DNA from: Magallana gigas
Taxonomy: Eukaryota
DNA length: 64,000 nucleotides
Direction: 5' to 3'
NCBI RefSeq assembly: GCF_963853765.1
Contig: NC_088855.1
Location: 434,001-498,000 of the forward strand
This document shows, one piece after another, positions 11,820 to 46,537 of the stretch. Made by a program: the position numbers and the translations under genes. Numbering within the stretch: the first letter of the stretch is position 1; each line of letters begins with the position of its first letter. The notes beneath the pieces are model-generated. The model made no database searches and was not told the origin of the DNA. It saw only the letters and a list, made by a program, of their open reading frames with translations.

Positions 11820-14800
11820 ACACACATACACACATCACTTATACGTGCTGTTTTTAAGGTACATTATAATGAAAAAAAATACGAAATTACAGCAAGCTCA
11901 AAGTGTAACCACATTACGGCGTTTTGGTGACCATCTGTGTATGAATACATCGGGAAGACCAATATGCTGTATGAAAATACAATTGATTAGGTGACTTGTT
12001 GGTTTTGATTTCATAAAAGATGTTCGTAATTGCACATACATTTCATGACGTAAATTTATACTGACCCCTAAATATTGAATGTAGAAGTTTCAATGACGAC
12101 GATGGGGGAAATGTAAAAATTGTCGTTATGTTTACCGTTAGTATACCAACTGACACAAGATATAAAAGAAAGCGGACCTATTGGCTAGACTAAACCCGTT
12201 CTCGCTTTTGTGTGTCCGCCCGGATTTTGATTGGGTCCACAAGGGCGGACCCCGAGCGAACCTCAGGCGGGCCATGAACGAACAAGGAAAGCGAGTCCGA
12301 TATCAAGAGAAACCAAGAAGCGAATCTAGGGCCGGTTCTAACCATAATAACTTTCAATCACAATTTTCATTAACATGCTTCTTCACCAAACGCCAAATTT
12401 ATAATTACCGGCCGTCAACATCATTTTGATTATTGGTTATTTTCCAGGTGACCATTTCTTTTAATGATACATGTTTTCGTTTTTATAAGCGATCATCCTA
12501 ACATGCTCAGTGATCGATTTTATTTTTACAGAACTAAGAGGAGGGGGTTACGGATCAGTAAGGTCCGGACTCTTCCTAAGTAATTCAAACATATAAACAT
12601 ATTGATTCATAGGAAACTCACATAGTCAGTTTACTTGATATAAACCATATCCCTGTTCCTTACTAATTTTTTTTTGCATCTGTGCATGTGCAAATATCAG
12701 GCATTTCGCATCAGTGGGAGGGGAGGGGGACCTACCCAATTTTTCTCGCAGCAAACATTTGTCTTAAAATAACATATAGAAAATTAAATAATCATGGAGT
12801 TATCCCCCATTAATTTGGAAACAAATATATACAAATTGTTTTTTCTCCTTGTCAATAATTTTTTGGGTTAGCCTGCCCCCCCCCCCCCCCCCCCCCGAAT
12901 AGTTTATGGCATAATATCTCTATAACTGTAATAAGAGGCAGAGTATTGTAAATAACACTCACTGACATCAATATGAACAATTAGCACAAGTTGAAGTAAT
13001 CCCCACGTGTACAATTCTGAGCTCTTCTCGCAATGTAACATTATAGAAACCAATTAAAGGAATAACATCGTTTGAAAAAATTCGCGTAATAAATATATAA
13101 AAGTATCATTATTTTATTTAATCAAATGCTGTATGTTGCATGTTTGTTAACAATATTGTAAGGAAATATAATTATATATGTCATTTTGACCGACTTTCAT
13201 GTGTGCTTCCATTAAGTGCAAAATTTAGTGAGAGTCCGAGAAGATTTGGAAGAACCGCTACAGAACAAAATTGGGCCTCTGTGTTGCACACTGACTTATT
13301 CCTTTGTGCATAAAGTCTTTCCTGTCGAAAAAGGTGCCCGTGTTAATTAAACTCAATCTCAAATGATCCGGAATATTAGTGCACGTTTGATTTATGAATT
13401 ATTTTTATATACTGCACCCTCACTCTTTTTTCGTAAGTATCTTGCCGTTTCCGGTTCCATTATTGTAGTTCACTCAATTCGTACCCAAAAGGCATGTGGA
13501 AAGAAAAGAACTCAATAATATTTTAAACAGGAAAACATCTTTATTTTTCAATTGATCAGACTAAGTCAAAGTGTTTTCAAATGTCAGCGGACTGTCAAAA
13601 ATGATTTCGATACTATATATATTTGTATAAGTGTCAATATCATAAAATCTATCGTTTTGCGTTTCATCAAAAATAGTATAAACTGCGTTTTCGATTGATG
13701 TAATACAGATTCAAGTACCGAATAGAGAGGACGCATGATGGTACATATGTATATGCATTATAAACAGGCCTGCTTTTCCTAGAGAGGACGATGCTAGTAA
13801 GCAGGGCGATGTTTATGCTACAGTAACTATTCCTTTATGGCGTAGCTTACGTCGTACATGTCATTCACAAGAAGCAATCGCAACTTCTCGGGCCTTTCCG
13901 GCAAGCTCGGAAAAACACCTCGAATGTATTACCTAGGCGTCCATGACAACCCCCTTTTTATAAAACTTGATATAAATACAACACATTTTACGACCTGTTG
14001 AGATGTAAGCTAGACTTCAATAAAGTAAATGATATACCCTAAAATATAGCACAGAAACGACTTATAAGGCTGTCTAGTCGATTCTTATTTTAATGGGAAG
14101 CGACTCCATTTTGTATAAAATTCTAACACCCGGTAATGTTAATACATTCGAGGTGTTTTTCCGAGCTTGCCGGAAAGGCCCGAGGAGTTGCGATTGTCAC
14201 AAGAAGTAAACCATCTCTCAAAAGGACCGTTAAAGTGGGTAAACGGGGAAAAACCAGAGCTTGGAATCTGCGTGGAGGAAACAGTAACTGTGTATGCAAT
14301 GGATATGACTTGCCTGCTTGGTGAAGGGTTGCCGTGTGAAAAACGCTCATGTAAATTTACGTAAATATACACTGACGTGCACTGGTAGTAATCGACAATA
14401 TCGTGATATTTGTGAATATATATGATCAAGCAAATGGAAAAGGTAAAAGACTGCAATTGTCCAACCTTTTAATTCCCCCTTTTGAGTGAAAATTGTGCGT
14501 TTGAAAGAAGTGATTAATGCATTTTAAGAACAATTTTAAAACAATTAGTAACTACCGGCTAATTGTTCTGTAACTACAAGGACCATATGCCAAATGAATA
14601 TTCGGAGGTCGGAACGGCTGTATTTAGCCTCTGTGTATACTATACTCTGTCCCGAGCTTCTTTCGATAATCAAAAATGTGCCTTTGTGCTCAAACTACGT
14701 TTATCCACTAATATGAAAAATTTCCAGATTATCTGTTTTGAAACGCCCCCTCTACCGCTTCAGGTTTCATCCAAAATCAGAAAGTCTATGGGTCGGGATT

Positions 14801-15467
14801 TTGCATTGCATCAGCCGTTATATTAAGGTTGAAAAATTGCATGATGCATTTCCGTAAGAAATTTGTTTTCGTTCCTGTAAACTTTTATGAGTGAAAAATG
14901 ATAATTGTTCACGAATAGAGAAAAGACGTAAACATTTCCGTAAGAAATTTGTTTTCGTTCCTGTGAACTAAAATGAAAATGAGTGAAAATGATAATTGTT
15001 CAATGAAGATATCTTGGATATATTGCCTTTTATCGTTTTCAACTGTATTTCTTTCACAGGTATGTGTATTTTTATTAAAGATCATCAAAAAAGTGATGGA
15101 AGCAATAACTTGGGACAGACTATAGGATGCAGATCAATTGTTAGCGATCAAATAACGTTACATACGTATTATTGCCATACCATTTGACATTCTGACCTCC
15201 ACTCTCATCCTTATACAAAACGTTTTACCTTCAAATTATTTCTCAATACACTAATACACTAAGTAGAACCTTGATGCGGAATAAGGACACTGCTATGATG
15301 CTTTCTGGATGCAGTGCGATTGCATTTGTGGTTCTATATATAGGCACTGCCAGTTGTAATATATAAAGAAGCTGTCGGCGTGTGAACATAATACAATGCA
15401 GACAGAATTCATTCAATTATAATGGTGACCATAGTTTAACAGGCACGTAGCATCGTTTTTGAAAGTG

Positions 15468-15498
<31 letters not shown>

Positions 15499-16857
15499 AG
15501 ACTCATCCAAAAAATCTTGACAAGCCAAAAAAAAAAAAAAAAAGGAAATTTAAACTTTTTCTAAATCTTCAAAATCCTAATCCGGGGGGGGGGGGTATAT
15601 AACTTCAATTTCACTCCTTATTTCCTTATTTTCATTTCAATTCTTTACACACTCCCAAAAAAGTGGGGGGGGGGGCAACTCCATGATAATTCAATTTTTT
15701 ATATGTAAATTTTTTAAAAAAATTTGCTGCGAGAAAAAGTGGGGGGGGGGGGGGGCAGGCCCCCCGTGGCCCCCCTGATGCTACGTGCCTGTTTAATAAG
15801 CAAATGAAACACTTTCGGTTGAAAAAAAATCAAGGACACTGGTTTGAATCTGTTTTGCGGGTGAAGGTAACTATATGTAAATTAATATAACATAGATGTA
15901 GTAAGTTATATGTGTGTTAAAGAGTGTAGTACAGGTAAGTGCCGATGTGGGGGCATAAAATGCGGACAGATTTCATACATGTACGATTTGTCATGCTGAC
16001 CTTCATTTTGTTCTGTTTTTCAATAAATAAACTTTCTTTCCAAAAATTTCACAAGACATTGTTTTGAATCCGTATTGCAGGTGAAGGGAACTATATATAT
16101 ATATATATTTTAACATAGATAAAGTACTACTCGGTAGCTGAAAATATTAACGAATGAACAAAAATATTTTGACAAGAATTAGCAAACACACATTTTCAAT
16201 TACATTAAGTAATATGGTTACTATCATTAGACATTGAATTTCTTTCTCAAGAGATTATTGTAATCAGCTAGATGTTAAAAGATATGCAGCATGCACAGAT
16301 CTAATGTGAGGGGCCTGGGGTAGGTAAGGTACGGACTCTCCAAACATATAAACATGTAGAGTCAAAAATGATAGACTCACCCAGTCCTCACCATGGACTT
16401 CCTCACCCAGTCCTCACCATGGACTTCCTCACACAGTCCTCACCATGGACTTCCCCACACAGTCCTCACCATGGACTTTCTCACACAGTCCTCACCATGG
16501 ACTTCCTCACACAGTCCTCACCATGGACTTCCTCACACAGTCCTCACCATGGACTTCCTCACACAGTCCTCACCATGGACTTCCTCACACAGTCCTCATC
16601 ATGGACTTCCTCTCACAGTCCTCACCATGGACTTCCTCACACAGTCCTCACCATGGACTTCCTCACACAGTCCTCACCATGGACTTCCTCACACAGTCCT
16701 CACCATGGAATTCCTTCATTTTTGGAAAAAATTCTCAGCATATAAATATACGTTCGACGGAACTAAGAAAAAATCAAAGTACTGAAGTACTGAAAGCCGG
16801 GCTCTTTTGGTCTGTCTTTATGCATATTGTGTAGTAAAGACTGAAAAAATATCTCTC

Positions 16858-16901
<44 letters not shown>

Positions 16902-18322
16902 GCTTTTAATGTCGGCAAATCATCAGAGAGCGACCAAGTTTTGTAAGCGGCTATAAACAAAAAAATATGTCTGTCTAGTAGAAGTTAAAAAGTTCAACAG
17001 TTGCTGCCTTGAATTTTGCAACAAGCATTATATATTCAATCCCCATTTCTTCATCGCGCAGCAAGGTAGTTCATAGATTTCATGCGCAGTGTATGTGTCC
17101 AAAATACATAGTAATGTTTTAAAAACACGTTATTAATAAGAAAACTAAAAACGATAGACAATTCATTCGAAATTTAAAAAAAAGAAACAAAATGCCAACA
17201 CTTTTGACAAAACGTGGCTCTTTGTGTAACTATTTGGTATAGTGGAAGCTTTTCTATGACGCTGTTTGGTTTTTTGTTTACTTTTGAAGTTGTGCTATTT
17301 AAATTTACATTGGCGATTTGCCTGCCTATAGCCAGGACTCTGCTTTCAGCAGAGCCCGGCTAATCATGTAATACACATTGGATTTTTTTTTTAGGAAATG
17401 ACATGCTACATAGATTGACATCAACGAACCCCCAAGAACTGCGAGTAGATATGGAGAGATTTAATGGAGAGAAAGCCTATGCTGTATACTCTAATTTTTC
17501 TGTCGGGGACGAGGCCAGTAAATATCAGCTACAGGTGACTGGATACAGTGGGAATGCAGGTAACAATTATACAGCGTGTCTATCGTTCAGAACTTTAATA
17601 TTTTTCTGCTCATTGACTGACCAAGTAAAACTAAAACAAAATTAGTCAGCACTTAATAATGATAAGTAATTTTTCTTTAGTCATTTTTTTTAGCAATTCA
17701 AATTGTCAAGTATGGTTATTGATGGCAACTTTTTTATTTGAAATACAGGTGTATGTTTTAGGGTTACACTTTTTAAATTGATTGTCCTATTGACATAAAT
17801 CACTCATCATAACCAGTGTAACTGTAGGGATTAGCCTGGATTACAACAATAACAGCTGTCATAATAACGACAATGATCAGTAATGGTTCGATTCGATATC
17901 GAGATTATTTTCTTAAATCATACAAAGTGTAAGAGAAGAGTGTTTGTTAAACAAAACTTCAATATGATATACTAGTATACATCTATGTATAAGTATTTTA
18001 ATACCATTCATATTGATTGTTCTATTTATTGAAATAATTCACACAGTGATGTACAACCAATGTGATTGTAGGGGATAGCCTGGATTACCACAACAACATG
18101 AAGTTTACTACACTGGACCAGGATAACGACGGGCACAGCAGCAGTAACTGTGCCACCATGTGGAGATCGGCATGGTGGTTCAACGCCTGTTTTCACACCA
18201 ACCCTAATGGAGAGTACGCCGACTCTGAGAAAACTAGTACTGAATACATTGCATGGTATCACTGGAAAAACTCCTATATATCTCTGAAATCAATGCAGTT
18301 GATGATCCGCCCCCGAGCCTGA
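9748..18322 (+). CDS. Secreted fibrinogen-related domain protein (signal peptide, coiled coil, C-terminal FBG domain; ficolin/angiopoietin/ryncolin-like), 329 aa
   Basis: Exons 9748-10224, 11644-11740, 17395-17559 and 18072-18322 are all GT-AG and phase-compatible (990 nt). Motifs: [13 protein letters not shown]|[29 protein letters not shown]|[30 protein letters not shown]|[47 protein letters not shown] at 18428-18433. Confidence 0.93.
10229..10277. repeat. (TC)n microsatellite directly after the FReD intron 1 donor
   Basis: ACG|gtaagc(tc)n. Confidence 0.95.
11386..11556. repeat. About 170-bp imperfect palindrome (hairpin-type non-autonomous element) in FReD intron 1
   Basis: Arms agaaataaag...tgaatgttgcag...gaaatgttgtttgaaatataaaagcc and ggcttttatatttcaaaacaacatttc...ctgcaacattca...ctttatttct around gcctcggctaacgcctcggc. 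Confidence 0.85.
11751..11816. repeat. (CT)n microsatellite directly after the FReD intron 2 donor
   Basis: ATAG|gtaatttatt(ct)n. Confidence 0.95.
12698..12900. mobile_element. Degenerate partial copy of the 5-bp-TSD MITE family
   Basis: caggcatttcgcatcag...tttttctcgcagcaaac...atggagtt resembles the start of 51644-52294. Confidence 0.55.
13875..14196. mobile_element. 322-bp MITE with 57-bp TIRs and 10-bp TSD (Mutator-like)
   Basis: caatcgcaacttctcgggcctttccggcaagctcggaaaaacacctcgaatgtatta (13875-13931) is inverted at 14140-14196. tcacaagaag at 13865-13874 and 14197-14206. Confidence 0.92.
15440..15791 (+). mobile_element. MITE with 15-bp TIR CAGGCACGTAGCATC and 5-bp TSD, copy 1
   Basis: TIRs caggcacgtagcatc / gatgctacgtgcctg, flanked on both sides by tttaa. 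Internal G-runs and gccagactcatccaaaaaatcttgacaagc are shared with copy 2. Confidence 0.9.
16375..16708. repeat. 26-bp minisatellite x about 13 in FReD intron 2
   Basis: Unit ccatggacttcctcacacagtcctca. It explains the three overlapping repetitive ORFs at 16368-16834. Confidence 0.95.
16853..16897. repeat. (TC)n microsatellite
   Basis: TC run with one interruption. Confidence 0.9.
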
Positions 18323-18474
18323 CATCTAGGTTGAATGTTAACATTGTTATGAAGCCAAGAGCATTTATCTCTGCATTGATATTTCTGTAAATTTAATCGT
18401 CAATATCCGATTGTGTTACATTTAAACAATAAAATGTTTTCTTTGGTTATTCATGCAGGATATGAAGGAGGCGG

Positions 18475-18533
18475 CATAGCAGAAAAAAATAGATAACCCG
18501 CGTTAGCGGATTATTTAATTTTTTTCTACAATG
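18475..18533. repeat. Short imperfect palindrome just downstream of the FReD polyA signal
   Basis: agaaaaaaatagataacccgc-gttagc-ggattatttaattttttct. Confidence 0.55.
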
Positions 18534-20606
18534 ATTTCTACCATCATAATAAAATTGATTGTAAAAAGTAAGTTTAATTCACTATATTACTGTTATAGAA
18601 CATCAGTACGTTAAATAAAAGAAACAACCAAATCGTCTCCTGTGAAACTTTTGAGTCCAACATCATCTTGATTATTTCGTGCAGTCCGTGATCTTTCTTA
18701 GGTCGCTGTAGGATTCGACCAATCGATAAAAGGGAGCGTGTAGATTTCAGTGTGATTGTTTCTTTAGAACTATGAATTGATTATAAGTTTCCGTAAGAAA
18801 TAGAGGGAATCATACTCAGTAGATGTAAATATTATACTGTAAACAACCGTTAATCAATCAGAAATGTATAAACATTGATATGCAATAACTTTAACTCAAA
18901 GATTTTTTTTCATTTTATAGTATTACATGTAATATAAATATATATTAAATCAATTCTTGTATTGCCAAAATAATATTTAAAATCAGAACAGAAAACAGTT
19001 TTACAATTTTTTTGTTTCGCATTTAATTGCAAAAATATAGCTCATTGGTTTAATATTCAAGGAAATCTTTTTTTTCTTTAATGTGTACAGTTTATTACTT
19101 ATATTATGGTTCTATTGACAGGTCGAGTTTGTTATACGCCATTTAAATTGGAATTTCATTTTTTTTTTTTTAGTTTTCCTAATAGCTACACTCATATATA
19201 AACCATCTGTTATTCATTGTACAATGAGATATCAATTATTTGTTTATGGCCACGATGAACATTTTCAAGACTATACTGTTGAAGTTTAGTACATTTTAAG
19301 AATTGCATGATAATTGTTTAGCCGTGGATTGACTGTGTGGCTATGACGTCTCATTGTAAAATCTGGATCGATAACCAGGTGATTACTGTACATTGTATTC
19401 TTTACTGAATAAAGATTCATTTTATCAGGACTGTTTCTTTACTCTTATGATTTTTTTTCGGGGGGGGGGGGGGGGCAGATGAACTGTAGAGTTAGAACAC
19501 AATCCCTCTTATTAGCTCATCTTCCTGTTAGATGGAACTTTTTTTAAGCAATTGACCTTCCTAACTATCTGTTTTTGGACATCTTTTTCTAGGACTATTT
19601 CAACCAAACTAAATATGAAACATTAGAGCTGACATGAATTCATAAATACGCATTATTTCCCTTTTATCACCGACTACCGCCATATTAGTTGTCGATTTCT
19701 ATTGTTCTGCTCATCGCTACACACCCCCTATATAAGGCCGAGAGCACCATTCATGCTTCACCGCATTCAGGAATTTCATACACCCGAACACGTTACATTG
19801 GACGAAAAGACGTGTAGAAACGCGTTTTGAACAAAAGTAATATGACAACCACTGCACTGGCAAGGAATATCCAATGAACGACGAAACAAGACAGACTGAA
19901 ATCCAGGCACAGATACTTCAAAAATTCTTCGAAATTGTAGACCGTTTTCTTGTGTACATGCATGTTATAACATCGCACATGCGCAAACCACACACTGTGG
20001 CAGATCAAGCAATGTCAATGTCACTCAATGATCGCATGGATTTTAGAAACGGGGCATTTTGTAGGAACGGATGGACATGATGTTACGTTGTTATTTTCTT
20101 GGATTTACTAACGTTTAGCTACTGTGTTGGATGTAGTGCCGCCGGGGTTTTAAAAAAAGATGCAGACGTTATGCACTCTGTATAAACCTCACACGTGTTC
20201 GATGTGCATGCGAAGAAGGGCAGCACTGTCTGCAAAATAATACGGATACCTTGAAAATTCGTTCAAAGAATAAATATATTTTGTATTTCATTGATTGTTT
20301 TTTCCTTTATTCTTTATTACATCATTTTACTTCAATGTGTAGTTCATGCATTTAGACGTCCATGCAACCTGAATGCCTCGATCGGAAAGCAACCGACCGT
20401 AACTTTCACAACCGGTATATATACCCCAGTGGCAGTAGAGGAGCGATCGAAACTAATATGGCGACCAAAAGCTTTTATGAATTCATGTCAGCTTTAATAA
20501 AGGGCTTTAATTCCTTAAAAGATATAGCAAGGCTCACTTCCAATGAGATATATATAGGAAATTATTTAGTTAACCTAGTATCACATTTCCAATTTGTTCA
20601 AATCTT

Positions 20607-21022
20607 GACCATCATGGGTAAGGAAGCGGTTCCCTTGAGACCATCTTGGGTTAGGAAGTGGTCCCTTGGAGACCATCATGGGTTATGAAGCGGTCCCTTT
20701 AAGACCATCATGGGTTAGGGAGTGATCCCTTTAAGACCATCATGGGTTGTGAAGCGGTCCCTTTGAGACCATCATGGGTTAGGAAGTGGTCCCTTTGAGA
20801 CCATCATGGGTTAGGAAGCGGTCCCTTTGAGACAATCTTGGGTTAGGAAGCGGTCCCTTTGAGACCATCATGGGTTAGGAAGCGGTCCCTTTGAGACCAT
20901 CATGGGTTGTGAAGCGGTCCCTTTCAGACCATCACGGGTTAGGAAGCGGTCCCTTTGATACAATCTTGGGTTAGGAAGCGGTCCTTTTGAGACCATCATG
21001 GGTTAGGAAGCGGTCTCTTTGA
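20607..21022. repeat. 32-bp minisatellite x about 13 (intergenic)
   Basis: Unit gaccatcatgggttaggaagcggtccctttga. Confidence 0.95.
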
Positions 21023-21429
21023 AAGCTAAACATGCATCATAAAAGGTAAATAAAAGTGTTTAGTTTGTATGAACCATGTCCCCTGTATGTCTGAAAGGAA
21101 CGAAACAATCTAAGTAAATTCAGCATGCTAGACCTCCTATTTGTACGTACAATCAGAGAAAAGGCATCCCGTCGACAGATTTTGGCAAGCGTTGCTTGGA
21201 GGTCGTCTTCCATTGAATCTTGAAGTAAAATGTTTGCTATTGCTAGTTCCTCAAGTATTGATTCATGTTTTCAAAATGTTGTTATTGTTACAATTTAGAA
21301 ACAGTTTTGTGCAAGTCCAGTGATGCGTTTTCTATAGTTAAGCCGCTTTATGAAATTGCATTATACGCCCCACTACGTTTTGGCGCAAGTCCTTGAATTA
21401 GACTAAAGCTGGGGGGGGGGGGGGGGGGG

Positions 21430-22050
21430 GGGGTGCGCTTGTTATTTCAATTTCAGGAGAAACTAAAACACAAATAATGACCTTTCGAACCTGTGTCTTT
21501 GTGTTGCTTAGTTTCATTTCCATCTTTTTTTCCAGCACAAAGATTAATTAGGGCAAGGCAATGCGAATCAACGGTCATGGTTGTGAGAATTTCGTAAATA
21601 GACAAAACAGATAAAACTCGTTTATAGCGAAGTCCTAGGTACCAGTGAATTTATTTCTTTATATTTGTAATTTGTTGTATCCGTTCAACGAATTTGTGAT
21701 AATTATTACAGCGAATTCGATATATACATGGTTTTTTCATTTGACTACCAGTTGTGCTTACGGTGGCATGAAAAAAGACCGTCTTTGGCAACCTATAATT
21801 TTAATGATTTTTTGTGAGAATAAACGTATTCGAAGAATAGTTTCATTGGTAAGGCTAATTTTTAAAACAATGAAAAAACTTCCATGTAAAAGGTGTACAT
21901 GTCGCTATTGTTCACTTCTACAAGACTCAAAATCAATCCGCTTTATCTGGAAATTAGTTGTAACCAAGTTCCTAAAAATTTGCAAGAATTTGTTAAGAAT
22001 TTTGTAAGAGGAAGAAAAGACTCCATAAAACCAGTTTTACTGAAACACTT
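21430..22050. repeat. Dispersed repeat, copy 2 (of 200-660), with an extra internal segment of about 130 bp
   Basis: Colinear with 200-660 except for extra sequence at about 21885-22020. Confidence 0.75.
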
Positions 22051-22355
22051 GTCGATTATCTAAAAAATTTTTTACTTAACCTACCGCTTTTGGCTAATAT
22101 GAGGCCAATATGAGAATTGTAAGCAGTGATATGAGAGAAAGGTTTGTCAGCAGAATGTAACCTATACAGTTAAATGTAAAACCCTACAAGTTTGCTTAGC
22201 TTTAGCTGCAATATGTAGCCCTCTTCTACTTTGTTTTCTAAAAAGATGGCCGGAGCGAAAGAAAACTAAAGACTACATTTCGCATTTGTATCACGTAACG
22301 GTTCCTTTAAACACCATTTTTGTCAGCTGTTCAGATCCGTAGAACAATATGGGCG

Positions 22356-22645
22356 GTTCTGATACTTTATCCAGCATTCTTGGCTGTTTTGATCCTCTAT
22401 CCGGCATTTTCGGCTGTTTTGATCCTCTATCCTGCATTTTCAACTGTTTTAGTCCTCTATCCGTCATTCTCGGCTGTTTTGACCTTCTATCAGGCATTCT
22501 CCGCTGTTTTGATACTCTATCCGGCATTCTCGGCTGTTTTGATCCTCTATCCGGCATTCTAGGCTGTTTTGATCCTCTATCCGGCATTCTTGGCTGTTTT
22601 GATCCTCTATCTAGCATTCTCGGTTGTTTTGATCCTCTATACAAC
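22356..22645. repeat. 30-bp minisatellite x about 10 downstream of the PHKB stop codon
   Basis: Unit ttttgatcctctatccggcattctcggctg. Confidence 0.93.
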
Positions 22646-23195
22646 ATTTTCAGCTGTTGTTCAGCTCCTTTTTATCCTGTAAAAGGCTGACCAGTTGTGT
22701 CATCTAGTAACTATCTAATGAATCATTTTTTTCCTCACAGATATTTGCAGAGTGTAAAATTCTGAAAACTAATTTTTGACACTGTCTACTGAAACAGAAT
22801 ACTGAACAAAAAGAAAATTGTTATTCATGTATTTGGTATTAACAGTAACGAAACTCCTTTTTATATTAAATTAATGCTTATTACAGTTAAAAGCGTCATA
22901 TTACAAAACATAACAAGCACCTGCTAAGCATTCCAAAAATAAGTGGATTTCTGTCACTGCATTAATTAATTCAATCCACTGTAACTCATGAAGCACATCA
23001 TAAACAACAACAAACAATCCACAAATGTGTATCAAAACACAGTTTTGAAAATTCCAATGCACTTCAAATTAAGTTTCTTCTATCCATGACCAAGCATCAG
23101 GCAGACATAGAGACGATGTAAGAATCTGTTGCCATCTATGAAACACTTAAACATTATACCGTCGGACACACAGACAATGGAAGCATGTACTACGA

Positions 23196-45249
<22,054 letters not shown>

Positions 45250-45908
45250 GTTTCTTCCTACTCGATATTTACCTCTGTAATTAGTGGAGACATATTCGAA
45301 ATATGAGCTGAAGTTGCGCGGACTTTATCTTACATCAACAAATTTCCGTAATACGCGTAGAAATGTTCGTTCTCTAGTTTTTTCAACAGGAAATGTTTAT
45401 TGAAAACTAAATTCAAAATAATACCGACGGAGTACAAAGATCCGGCAAATTACGTAAAATTTAGAAACTGATATACCAAAATATATGCATAAAGATTTCA
45501 TTTTCAAGTTTATATAGTAAAAAAAAAATCGCTATTAGAAATGAAATCTTAAAAAATCACGTGTGATATTGTGTAAATGTATTTAAATCATAAGCACCTG
45601 ACGTATATTGTATTCTCATAATAAAAAATCATTTACCCTCTACTATAGCAAATAATACAATTGTGAATTATTAGGTAGAGGGTATGAGAAAAATAATTAT
45701 AACATCAGGTGCCTGTGATTTTTATAGGTTGTTCAAAATAAAACGTATTCAATACAAAATGAATACTTTTCTGATGCACAACCATATTAAATGATTTGAA
45801 GCAGGGATATGAAGTTAAAAAATTGTCTGTTGACTATGCTAAAATAGTATAAGATATGATAAAAAACGAATCCACAAGAGCATTGGCCACACATAAGCAC
45901 GTAAGAAT

Positions 45909-46016
45909 CATAGGCGTCGGAACCGGGGGGGCTAGGGGGGCTTAGCCCCCCCCCCCACTTTTTTTGCAAAGTTAGACCTATTAACCATTAGGCACATAGC
46001 ATCATAGACGCCAGTA
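45909..46016. mobile_element. Short internally deleted copy of the 4645-4966 MITE between WRNexo and PHKB
   Basis: Starts cataggcgtcggaaccggggggg and ends gacgccagta. Confidence 0.65.
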
Positions 46017-46537
46017 ACAATACTGGTTGTTTAGCATCGCATACTAAAATACCAACACAAACGAATAGCAGTGGCCTAGCTACAACAGGAGGGCCATATA
46101 TATTGAAATGTACATTCCTGCCAGATGCCAAAATGCTTGTATTTAAAGTAGTATTAAGCATGTGCCATTCCTCCTAACTTTGGCTAATGAGTAACCCTCT
46201 AATTAGCTTTATTAATAGAGTGCTGGATTGGTATTGTAAGCCTGAGGACCTGGGTTCAAATCCAAGCAGATCAAGGCAATATTCTTTGCTACACATCTTG
46301 CGCCATGATGTGTTGAAATACGAGTCTGACTCAATCTCTTCTTAACATAGCATTCAAAACAATACGTGTATATTTACAATTTTTTATGGTTCAACAATTT
46401 GCCTTGAAAAGATTTAAATAAGAAACAGCATGAAATTCAAAATGTATAATTTCACACGAATATTAATTAATATGATAATTTTATAACAAGACAAACAAAG
46501 AAAGAAAAATCAACAAATCACTTTCTGGAAAAATGGA

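Noticed and set aside
12160-12260. TATA, CCAAT and GC-box cluster inside FReD intron 2
   Set aside because: Motif order does not fit a promoter on either strand and there is no associated exon. Probably a repeat fragment.
16368-16834. Three overlapping ORFs with [23 protein letters not shown] repeats
   Set aside because: Product of a stop-free 26-bp minisatellite read in all three frames within FReD intron 2.
17328-17362. Small hairpin tagccaggactctgct-ttc-agcagagcccggcta 30 nt before the FReD exon 3 acceptor
   Set aside because: No TSD and only about 16-bp imperfect arms. Too short to call as an element or a regulatory structure.
19735-21330. Short ORF-like stretches at 19874-20080 and about 21110-21330
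   Set aside because: Possibly decayed gene or transposase fragments, but I cannot assign homology or exon boundaries.
46210-46275. tRNA-like B box (ggttcaaatcc); similar A/B-box traces at about 48424-48512
   Set aside because: No cloverleaf can be folded. At most these are decayed tRNA-derived SINE heads, too degenerate to call.
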